The position numbers and the translations under genes are program-made. From contig NC_068984.1 of assembly GCF_001194135.2 (NCBI RefSeq), positions 28,494,840 through 28,558,839 of the forward strand: 64,000 nucleotides of DNA, written 5' to 3'. The notes under the pieces were generated by a model. The model did no database searches, had not been told where the DNA came from, and was given only the letters and a program-made list of their open reading frames with translations. The stretch is from Octopus bimaculoides (Eukaryota). Positions 53,267 to 64,000 of this stretch are shown here, piece after piece; position 1 is the stretch's first letter, and each line of letters opens with the position of its first letter.

Positions 53267-55230
53267 TTAACCCATTTGATACCAACCCAACCAGCCAAAC
53301 ATATTTTTGCTCAAGCAACCAACCCAGCTGAGCAAACCCATTCTTATTTAAATGTGAATTTCAGCACAAATTTCTTTAGTACATTCAGGAAAACATGGAA
53401 TTTCACCTTGTAAATAGTTGAGTTATCGTATCTGACATTGTTTGATGTGATAACTGAACTCTGTGAATTTTGGGAGATATTTTTCCACATTTTTTCTTCA
53501 GCGATTTTTTTCAACTTTTAAAATAGATAGGAGTTTCATGCTATCAAGCAGTGATTCCGAATTTGAGGGCTTTTCAATGGAAGATATGGAGAATTTGAGC
53601 AAAAGTATGAGTGAACTACAAAAGCATGTGGTGTGTGAAAATGAATTGGATATTTCTGTATATGAAACTGAAAGCGGCGATAGTGACAGTGAGGACGATT
53701 TTACACCTGAATGGAGTAAGAAGTTAAAAAATATTTTTATCAATAATTTTTCTGATAAGACTGGATTTACTCAGTTTTTTCTCAGGAAGAGAAACCATTA
53801 GACTTTTTTTTATTTTTTACTTGTAAGCTTGTTTGAAGCCATCACTGAGGTAACAAACCGTCATACAGAATGTAAACAAATTGGAAAAAAGATAGCTTGT
53901 GGTTTCTCACAAGCATAGAAGAAATACGGACATTTGTTGCCATAAATATTATTATTGGCATAAGACAATTACCCAGAATTGCAAATTACTGGAGCAATCA
54001 GGAACCTTTTGGCGATCAGTACATTTCGAGTATTATGTCAAGGACACAATTTGTGCAATTGAACCAATATTTACATGTGAGAGACACAAGCAGTACCCCA
54101 GTATATGAAGAACCAAACTTTGATCCCTTACTTATAATAATACCCCTCATCAATTGCATTCAAAACATATATAAAACACTCTACAACCCTGATAGACACC
54201 AATCCGTCAATGAGGGCATGGTGGGGTATAAAGGAAGGGTATGCTTCTGACAACACATGCCAGGAAAGCCGACGAAGTCGGGGATCAAAGTATGGAAAAG
54301 TTGCGAAGCAAATACTGGGTACTGCTGTGGGTTTAGTTTTTATGCTGGGAAAAGGGACAATAATATTGGTCAGCATGGCCTAGGGTATGATGTGGTCTGG
54401 AATTTATCACTTCCATACCATAACCAGAACCGTATAATATTTTTTGACTGATTTTTTTAGTTTGGTCAAACTTGCGATGGACTTAGAATTGTGACAACAT
54501 ATACATGTGCTACAGTAATTGTTAGTAGAAAAGGGCTGCCGTTGGATATAAAAAACAGCAAAATCAAAATAAAAAGAGGTGAAATAATCCAACACTAGAA
54601 AGGAAATCTGCTAGTGACTGCATGCAGAGATAAGAGGCAGATAAATTTTCTATCTACCAGTGCACAACCATGTGTAGATGAAAATGGTACCCCATTTGTG
54701 AACCTCGATTATAACATGTACATGGGCAGTGTATGTAGATCGGCTGAACCAAATGATGAGTCATTAACTGGCTGGTAGACCAGGTAACAAATAGTGGCAA
54801 TACTTGGTTTGATATATAGTAAACATGAGCATTGTAAATGCATTTATATTATATACCAAATCAGGAGGGGCTCAAAAGTGGTGCGACCATCTGCAGTTCT
54901 GAGCAGATGTAGCAATACAGTTGAGGGCAGGTTATTCCTCCAAAAAAATAACTTAGAAGGAAAAGCAAAACCTGCCAGAGAGATATCCTTCTAAGTTTAG
55001 CTGATCTCCAAAAATTAGGAAAGATCAAGGGTTGCAAAAAGCAGTGCTGTGAATGTCTACATCAACAAAGAAAAACTCCCAGTGGATGGCCAGTTGAAAC
55101 TTCTTTCCAATGTACATTCTGCAAAGTTGCAGTATGTAGAGTGGGATGTTTTACAAGTTTCCATGACAGAAATATTGTGTGAATATTGTATATATGTATG
55201 ATTAGATTGTAAGGTGACTGACAAATTTTG
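53267..55230 (+). mobile_element. piggyBac (PGBD4-like) transposon relic with near full-length pseudo-ORF 53538-55182
   Basis: Left end TTAA|CCCATTTGATACC at 53267. Acidic N-terminus MLSSSDSEFEGF; IMSRTQFVQLNQYLH; SVNEGMVGYKGR (D to N); MPGKPTKSGIKVW; FFD*FF; YNMYMG..VDRLNQM; C-terminal CRD CCECL...FQCTFCKVAVCRVGCFTSFH. Right TIR not found. Confidence 0.9.
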
Positions 55231-55250
55231 ATTTAATTTTTCTATTTTTG

Positions 55251-55636
55251 TTTTTCTTTTACTTGTTTCAGTCATTTGACTGCAACCATGCTGGAGCACC
55301 ACCTTTCGTCGAGCAAATAGACCCCAGGACTTAATAATTGTAAGCCTATCGGTCACATTTGCCGAACTGCTAAGTTACGGGGACGTAAACACACCAGCAT
55401 CGGTTGTCAAGCAATGTTGAGGGGACAAACACAGACACACAAACACACACACATATATATATACATATATATACAACGGGCTTCTTTCAGCTTCTGTCTA
55501 CCAAATCCACTCACAAGGCTTTGGTCGGCCCAAGGCTATAGTAGAAGACACTTGCCCAAGGTGCCACGCAGTGGGACTGAACCCAGAACCATGTGGTTGG
55601 TAAGCAAGCTACTTACCACACAGCCACTCCTGCGCC
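55251..55636 (-). mobile_element. Full-length SINE family B inserted just 3' of the piggyBac ORF
   Basis: Reverse complement of 10541-10935. Confidence 0.9.
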
Positions 55637-57189
55637 TATTGTAAATCTTTATTATATATGCTCTTGTGTATTCATGTGTGTGTGAATTTATTTCTTTTAG
55701 TTGATGTATTTAATTTTCTAGTTTTCTTCAAAAAGCAAATTCCAGTATTTCATTTTATTTTACCTTTACCTGTATTTATGTGCATTAAACTCAGCTGATA
55801 ATCCAGTGATGTACACAATTCTTCTATATTAAAATTTTGTTGCATACCCAATTGAAAATTAGCCAATGACTCATTTTCTATGGTGATGTTTAAACAAAAT
55901 TTTAATATTTTTATATTTTGCTGTATTTACCTGTAATTAGAGTTGATTTAAGGCAAAAGTTTTGCAATAGAATTGATTGAGAACCTTTTCTCAAATTGTG
56001 TTCCAAAAATTACATTAATATGTTGATAAGTAAAAAAAGTTACTATTGCTTAATAAAACTGGTCTAAATTCATGATTATTTTAGAATTTAATTGAAACTC
56101 ATAAGGGGTGTATTTTAGTTAGAAATACAGTAATGAAAGGCTTAAGTTGATTGGCCAAATACCATCATGTTCACAATATGGGATATTGTGTTCCATTCAG
56201 AAATAACTAATGCATTAAATATAACAGCAAAGATATTGGGAATTGGCAGTATAACTCATGCTACGTAAGTCATCATCACAAATTTATTGTATGTACTATA
56301 CTATAATCGAAGGCAAAAACACATTGTCTTCATCTATCAAATGGAACTGTAGGGTATTTGAAGTTATATTTGTTTGGTTAATCTCAAATTAATCAGATCT
56401 TATTTCAACAAAAATATGCTACAGAGACAAAGGTAACTGAAAAGCTATGAAAACTAAACAAACAAACCCCTATTTAGAATTTGTCATTCTCCTAAATGTT
56501 ATAACTTCCTATTTAACTATCATCTAGATAAAACCAAAAATTGTCATATATTTTGTGATGGTTATATGGTGGTAGTTGGAGAATATTCTAATGTATATAA
56601 AAAAAAATCAGTTAGATTAAACAGATATTACATGGTATTAGTACTGATGCTTATAATGGTGATAGAATAGTTGAAACCAAACATTTCATGTCTACAATCC
56701 TTACAAAGTTCTAATATAAGGAACCAAAAATTCACTTAATAGTCACTAGAATTTTGCTTTTAACATTTAGTGTATTATTCTTTCATTGAAATGACTATGC
56801 ATCAATCAGACAATTCAGACCAATAGAAAATAGTTTAAGAAAACTATCCTAAAAGGTGAAGCAACAAATTTTGTAATGACAATGTGGTTGGTATATAACA
56901 TTTCACAAAAATCTATCTCTCTGGTTGTCATTTCAAACAAAGATAAGTAAATACAAATTGCTTTAAAGAACCTACTGTCAGATATTTTCAGGAAATTTGA
57001 TATTTATTTTCTGATCTATTCCTTAACAGTTTTATAGTGCTTCACTGTGAGCAAGATGAAATGATATGATACTAAGGATGCAAAGACTAAACCAACAATG
57101 CACCTATTGTTATTTTGACGACTATAGATTCTAAATATTTAAGCTAAAAATATAATAAAAAGCAACATATAATAATAACAATAATAATA

Positions 57190-58230
57190 AAAATGGCAAA
57201 AGAGAGAAATGAAGAAAATGGATACCAAGACCAGAAAAATGGTGACAGTACATGGAGCCTTCTACCCTAAGAGTGACACTGATAGGCTGTACTTGTCCAG
57301 AAGAAAGGGTGGGAGAGTTTTGATCAGTTGCCAGGACTGTATAGAATCAGAGGAAAGCAGCCTATGGTGGTATATAAAAAATGCCATGGAGCCACTGTTG
57401 AAACACACAAAAAAGGCTGGCATCATAAAATCTAAAAATTGGGCAACTAAAGAAAAATTTAAACAAGAAATGAACAAAAAAAAAAGGAAAAACATGGAAA
57501 GAAAAGGAAATGTACAGTCAATTTGCAAGAGATGAGGAAGAGTGACCTGAAGATAGAGACAAAAGCACTCATATGCACAGCTCAGGAACAAGCATTAAGG
57601 ACCAATTATATGAAGTGCAGAATGGACAACACTACCGATAGCAACAAATGCAGAATGTGTGATGAGAGGGGTGAAACAATATGGCACATAGTTAGTGAAT
57701 GCTCGAAATTGGCACAACGCATTTAGTCTTGTGTGCTAACAGCTGCCAGCTTACTAGTAAAGACTGAATACATCCAAAGGTATAAAAAGGCTAGAAAATA
57801 TGAAGGAGTTGTAAAATCAGAACAACTGAGAAGCTGTATGAACAATGATGTAACCATCCTTTGGGGTATGCACATCCACAGTGACAGAAATGAAAACCAA
57901 CAAGGCCTGACATCATTATTAAAGACCAGAGCAGGAGGGGTATACTTATCGACACTGCAATACCTTCTGAAAAAAAATCATTTCAATGAAAGTTACAGAG
58001 AAGCTGACTAAGTACAAAGATCTGGCAATCCAAATCAACAGGATGTGGAACTTGATGATTGAAAGACTACCAGTGATTATTGGAGCATTAAGATGCATGA
58101 AGAAAAGAATGGAAAAGTTTACCAACCAGACTCAGGTCAACATCAATATCTATGCAGTTCAGAAGATTGTACTACTTGGAACAGCTTACAAACTCAACGA
58201 ATGCTATAGAGAAATCAGGTGATACTTGAG
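57190..58230 (+). mobile_element. Decayed R4/Dong-like LINE, 3' half
   Basis: PKSDTDRLYLSRRKGGR, ETKALICTAQEQALRTNY, CRMCDERGETIWHIVSEC (CCHC knuckle), EKLTKYKDLAIQINRMW...PVIIGAL...QKIVLLGTAYKL. The 5' junction abuts (AAT)n at 57170-57190. Confidence 0.85.
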
Positions 58231-58289
58231 GGCTATAGTTTAGGGCTGGCCCAACAGGATGTAAAACAGAAAGTACAAAAGCGACGACA

Positions 58290-58810
58290 ACAGAATGTTT
58301 CTAATTTAGGCATAAAGTTAGCAATTTGGAGGAGAGTGTGTTAGTTGATGCCACTGATTCCAGCACCTGACTGGTACTTTATTTTATCAACTTTGGAGAG
58401 ATGGAAAAAATAGTTGACCTTGAAAGGATTTGAAATTAGAATATAACACGTCAAATCATAATTTTGGAGAATCTAGAATTGCTGTAAAATTATCGTTAAC
58501 CTAATTGCAATTAATGTTTTAAAGAGATTTACAAAACGTTTAAATAGAAGGTTAAAGGTGTTTGGATATGAATATGAATTTCCTGATTCTACAGAAAGCC
58601 TATTTGTAGACATAACAAAGACTATAAAAGATAATAAAGTTGTAAGATGCAGCTTGATATCTAGTAATCCAATACTAACAAAACAAAATGTTCAGTACTT
58701 GAAAGAAGGGTTTGAAAAATTATGAGATATAGTGAAGAAAGAATATTATCTGTATCCAGAAATAAAGTTACTGAAGACTGAAAAAATTCAAAAAATAATG
58801 ATAATAATAA

Positions 58811-58849
<39 letters not shown>

Positions 58850-59220
58850 AAGGATGACATGACTACTAGCTGTAAAGAGGAATTACAAAGCTAATTTATG
58901 CAACAAACCAAGGATATTGGAAGTGAAGAATGCTGGTTGTAGCTGACAGATAGAAACTAGCAATGAGAAACTAATCATTGATCCTGGCAGAATTTGAGCT
59001 CAGAGATTAATGAACTGGAACAAATGTGGAGAGCATTTTGTCCAATACACTAACAATTCTGTCAATTCACTACCCTCAATAATAATCCTTCCTATTATAC
59101 ACACAAGGCCTGAAATTTTGGGGGAAGGGGCTAATTAATTATATCAGCCCTATTGCTCAACCGGTATTGTTTCATCGATCTTGGTAGGATGTAAGGGAAG
59201 AATTTGAACTCAGAAGAGAG
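58290..59220 (-). mobile_element. Several decayed SINE family A fragments
   Basis: Fragments at about 58290-58440, 58980-59070 and 59080-59220 (aggcctgaaattttgggggaagggg; gaatttgagctcagag). Similar relics lie at 5120-5275 (-) and 21515-21690 (+). Confidence 0.55.
58795..58850. repeat. (AAT)n/(AAAT)n microsatellite
   Basis: Direct reading. Also (TAT)n at about 62148-62177, (ACC)n(AAG)n at about 59263-59325, (CA)n at 14261-14284 and A30 at 51275-51304. Confidence 0.9.
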
Positions 59221-59506
59221 ATAAAATGCAGCTTCACATCTGGTCTGGCATGATAACCCTTACTACCACCACCACCACCACCACCACTAAGAAGAAGAAG
59301 AAAAGAAGAAGAACAACAACCACCACCAAGACTGACATGACTGTAGAAAGGCTTTCATACACTGGAAGTTATGCAAATATGAAATATCAACAGATAAGTG
59401 ATGTAAACACATCAGAAAAATTCTCATTCTCTGGAATACTTAGACAAGGAACTAACTGGATGGAAAATGATTGAAAATCAGAAAATGAAGTGCAATCTAG
59501 CTGATA

Positions 59507-61188
59507 CACTGGTCTACAAGGTCTTTGGTATTTAGGAAATAGACATCATTCCTATATAAAATTAATCTCCTGACTCAAAATATAACCTTTTTTACCTATC
59601 AGGTCTAGTTTTTAAGTTATTGAACATCCCTATAGTCATTATGTATGTGTGTATGTCCAGTATGCAGTGTTTGTTACCTCATTCTAATTCTAAGTCTTTT
59701 CTTTTTCCATACTTTTTAGATGTTGTTGATTAACTAAGCAATAGAAAATGAGCAAGATGTCCTCTTCAAGAAAGTGTTGCATTAATTCTCCAAATGTGTT
59801 TTGTTATGTTTGTGGAGAATACTAATTACCTGAAAATCAAAAAAACAACACCGACTTTGTTGAAAGAGCATATATGGCATATTTTGAGGTCAGGCTGGGA
59901 AACCAAGATAGATATTGGGCACTGCATAGTGTCTGCAAACAATGTACAGAACATTTGAAACAATGGACTAAAGGGACAAGCAAAAGTATGAAGATTGCTA
60001 TACCAACGGTATGGTGGGAGTGCTACAATCACATGGGCAACTGCTATTTTTTGTAACCTAAATTTGAAGGGTAATAATCGGAAAAATCGACAAATGCGTG
60101 TCTATCCTAATCTTGCCTCTGCTCTTAGACTGGTTCCACACAGAGAAGAGCTTCTTGTTCCTGTCTTGCCTCAGATAACTTTACCCTCAACCAAAGAAGA
60201 ATCATTACCTGAAGATGACATTAGAGATCAAGACTTTTCAGTTGAGACTTTACCTCAGCTATTCTCCCAGGTAGAGCTGAATGATTTAGTTCATGACTCG
60301 AACCTCCCAAAAAATTCTGCAGAACTGTTGGCTTCCTGACTGAAAGAGAAGAATCTTCTAGAGAATGATATCCATATAACCTTTTATCAGAGTTGGCATG
60401 AAGAGTACCTTTCTTTCTTTACAAAAGAGGAAGAGCTGAGATGTCAGTGAGCTTCTTAATAAACTTGGCATTGAGGAATACAAACCAGAGGAATGGCATC
60501 TTTTCATAGACAGCTCTAAGCATAGTTTAAAATGAGTATTGTTGCACAACAGAAATGTGTATGGCTCTGTCCCACACAAACAAGATGAGGACAAATATCC
60601 GTCAAATGTAAATAATGTACGGAATTAATCATTTCTTAAATATAGAACTATGATATCAACTTTTCACGATATTGGCATGAATATGAGCATCAAAATGCAT
60701 TATATTTTTAGTCATCTTGATCGTTTTCCTGAATATCTTGGAGATGTTAGTGATGAAGAAGGTGAACGATTCCATCAGGACATCAAGGAGATGGAAACTC
60801 GGTACCAAGGACATTGAAATGCTGCGATGATGGCAGACTATTGCTGGTGCATAAAATGAGATACTCCCTGTTGCTCAACATTCACAGTGTACAAAGAAGC
60901 GTAAATTTATTCCTTGAATTTTCTGCCAAAAATATTTGCCAATATGCATTTTCAATTTTCAATTTTTATTTGTACTTTGTTTTGTTTTGTGTTATGCTCT
61001 ATTTATTGATTCATATTATATGCCTCTTGTATGAATAAAATACTCACTCTATCAGGTCTAGTCAGAAAACTAGACCAGATAGCGGAATATTGAAGTTATT
61101 TTTTAATTTAGCAGGCAAAATCACTTAAGAATTTGTTGAACTATTCCAGGTACCAGATCAAAGAAAAAAAAAACATTGTTACCCAGTG
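59507..61188 (+). mobile_element. Chapaev-like (CMC superfamily, Chapaev3-type) DNA transposon, internally deleted
   Basis: Ends CACTGG...CCAGTG flanked by TA. Pseudo-ORF from ATG 59748: CCINSPNVFCYVCGEY, WALHSVCKQC, ELNDLV..NLPKNSAELLAS*LKEKNLL, WHLFIDSSK, then MSIKMHYIFSHLDRFPEYLGDVSDEEGERFHQDIKEMETRYQG..MMADYCW. The transposase call is strong; the superfamily assignment is from memory. Confidence 0.75.
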
Positions 61189-61194
61189 TAATGT

Positions 61195-61495
61195 AATTTC
61201 CTTTAGGAAATGGAGAAATAATCTGGAATCAGAGATAAACAAAATATAGGTACTAAAAACAGAAACGAACCCATTAGTAATAGATGCTTTAGGAATGATT
61301 AAAATATGCAGGTAAATACTCAATCAAAATTGTGCACAACATAAGGAAAATAGCAGCACTAGGCACTGTACAGATGTAGATCACTTTCAGCAAAACAGAA
61401 AACAAGCTAACAAAAATTGCACATACCAAAGGCACACAAAGGCTGAACTAAGACTACTGAATAATAACATCATTAATAATAATAATAATAATATT
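61195..61495 (+). mobile_element. R4/Dong-like 3' terminal relic ending in (TAA)n
   Basis: LKTETNPLVIDALGMIK...NIRKIAALGT resembles the C-terminus of the 57190-58230 element. It is followed by a short UTR and taataataataataata at about 61476-61495. Confidence 0.6.
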
Positions 61496-62145
61496 CAATA
61501 ATTGTTCTTCCTCTATGACAAATTATTTGGTTGGAAAAATATGAGATGTATCAATATGTTCTAATGGGATGTCAAAATTTTACCAAAGTTTTTGACAGAA
61601 ATGATCTGTAAATAGAGTTTCAGTTGAACAACTTCATGTAATGCTTTGACAGTAATAAATATTACATCTTAGGCATTTTTCTTTAAATTTATGGCAATTT
61701 TTCCTTCTTTTTCTTTGCCTTCACAAGAAATTCCAAATGAAGAGAGAAAATGGAAACAAAAAACAAAACTGGCTAAAGTTATATCTTCACCAAAATTTAT
61801 ATATTTTGAGATATAAAAGTAAAAAAAAAAAAATGAAAAGGATAGTCAAGTAAGTAACCAACAAATAGTCTTGCCTATACTTAGAATTTTTAAGTCATGA
61901 TATGCTTTTCCTTTGTTTACTAATGTAATATTTAGGAAGAAAGCACCATAAAATTAAATAAATAGGTTAGTATACAACAAAATAAAAAAAGAAAGAAAGA
62001 AAAATACTACCACTTTGACAAATTATGGTTATTTCAATTTATATAAATTTCATGGGAAATCTTGCCACCAGTTTAAAATAAATTGTTCGTAAATTCGTAT
62101 TCTCAGTTCTTTTCACTCATACTTTTTATCTCATTACAGCTATTG

Positions 62146-62178
<33 letters not shown>

Positions 62179-63224
62179 CAAGATTTTAGTCAAGGTATTC
62201 AAAAAGATATTGGTGCTTTTCATTGTTTATGCACTTGAATGTGATTAGACTTGCATGACAGTAGGTAGGTATTTCTATGAAAACCTCCACCTTGTGCAAA
62301 ATTGCTGAGAAAGTGGGTTATAAAGCCATATTCAGTGAGGTTCTGATCAACTGGAACCAATATGAAACCTTTGACAAGTGAGTGGGCTTGCAGCTCAAGC
62401 ACGAGGACTGACAATTCTGTGCTTTCCAGCATCATGTGTTAATGAAATAAAAGTACTGTTAAGATTCTTGGGGATTGCTTTGGGTCAGCAACTCAGAAGG
62501 ATAGTAAATTGGACAAATTTGTTATGAGTAAGGTGACAAATGTCATCAACATGTGAGCTGAGGGCAAACTGTTCTGATGGGTTAAGTAGAGGTGTAAAAT
62601 ACTTACATTGCCACTATGATCGATTACCACTTGATACTTAGTTTTTATCTGACAATGTTAAAGCATCTGTTCTTTTGATTTTTGTCACAGGGAAGTGCAT
62701 AGCACAGACATTACTTACTGTGGCTAATATACTCATCAACATTTTAACATATACCCAACAAATATATAGAAGTGTCAAAGACCCATATTTTAATGCTCGT
62801 GATCAAATTATGAAAATTTTCCCATGCATAGAAATACATATTATGATATAGCAGAATAGCTGAAATGCTACTTATGTACTTGAGAACATTATTTGAAAAG
62901 TAGAGATATCATAATGTGTTGACAATCTGCTTGTGTATGTGTGCGTGTAGATATATGTATATAGGTATGAATATGACAGTCTCCCAACCCAGCTAGGAAA
63001 ACAGTAACTATATAAGAACTGACACAACTGTAATAACCTATTTAATTGAAGTTAGGAGAAAACAAAAATGGGGGTGAACAATGTTGAAGATACATACAAA
63101 ATTTAGTCCAGAACTTCTTTCTGCTTTAAAAATGAATATTTGATACTATCAAAAGAGAGTACATTAATTCAGTCTTGCAAACTTAAATGCAAACAAGTTA
63201 TTGAGTTGTAAAAGGTGAAATTTT

Positions 63225-63664
63225 ATATAACGTTTTTATTTTGGAATTTTCCGAAAATTTTTGTGAATTTGTGTTCTACACATTGGAATTCATATGACTA
63301 TGCAAAAAAACATCTAAAAATTTTTCAATTTTTTTTTTAATATTGAGAAAAATGTTTTTTTTTTAAATCACAGTTTAAAATACAGAAAGTCCAAATTTTT
63401 GGCTTAAATCTCAGCAATAGACCATTAAATGTGTTTGTGAGGAGAAAGATATTGGAAAACAGCAATGCATCAGTGACAACAAACAAGGAGGGTATGAGGT
63501 GGTCATTGAATGTGCAAAAAATAGCAACTAAACACCACTCAAATCACACACAAAAAATTATTTTCTTTTTGCTTTTATATCGTATGAATTCCCATGTGTA
63601 GAACACAAATTTGCAAAAATTTTCTTAAAATTCCAAAAAGTAAAAAAAAGTAAAGAGGGGTTAA
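63225..63664. mobile_element. MITE with ~65-bp subterminal inverted repeats, right end AGGGG|TTAA (piggyBac-like)
   Basis: 63233-63297 is the near-perfect reverse complement of 63580-63645 (ttttattttggaattttccgaaaatttttgtgaatttgtgttctacacattggaattcatatga). Left terminus degraded. Confidence 0.75.
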
Positions 63665-63953
63665 TATGCTGATACCTGATTCACTTCTATGTACATATAT
63701 TGTCAAAAAGGGCAATATAAATTATAACAAGACATATACACTTATGGTAATCCAAATGTACTAACATTAAATAGATCATACGTATGTATGCATGTACATC
63801 AGCCTGTTTTGGTAAAAATAATTACTTAACCATGTAGATAAATAAACAGGCAAAGAACAATCTTCCAAAATGAACAATGGTTTCTTGAGAAGAAAATGTC
63901 ATATAATAAATGTGCATGTGTGTGTATGTAAAAAAGAATATGCAGAAATCCCT

Positions 63954-64000
<47 letters not shown>

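Overview
AT-rich, repeat-dense eukaryotic genomic DNA with four N gaps. It is most likely from an octopus (coleoid cephalopod); this is inferred from my recollection of the SINE and LINE families, not from a database search. I can support only one host coding exon in 64 kb: a 288-bp phase-1/phase-1 minus-strand exon (26802-27089) encoding a complete I-set Ig domain that closely resembles the third Ig domain of Lachesin. Most of the window is therefore probably intronic or flanking DNA of a large neural adhesion gene. The rest is a layered mobilome: young and old RTE LINEs, R4/Dong-like LINE relics, BovB-like and CR1/Jockey-like relics, four tRNA-derived SINE families, a mariner relic, a near full-length dead piggyBac plus MITEs, and an internally deleted Chapaev-like DNA transposon. 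I see no rRNA, true tRNA gene or CRISPR array, and no clearly novel multi-gene system. The most interesting signals are a C4HC3 PHD-like finger inserted inside the RT of the young RTE family, an inverted SINE-in-SINE nest (candidate dsRNA/ADAR substrate), a 26-bp VNTR module in RTE 3' UTRs, and the Chapaev-like element with a subterminal hairpin. All translations and alignments were done by eye, and repeat boundaries are approximate.
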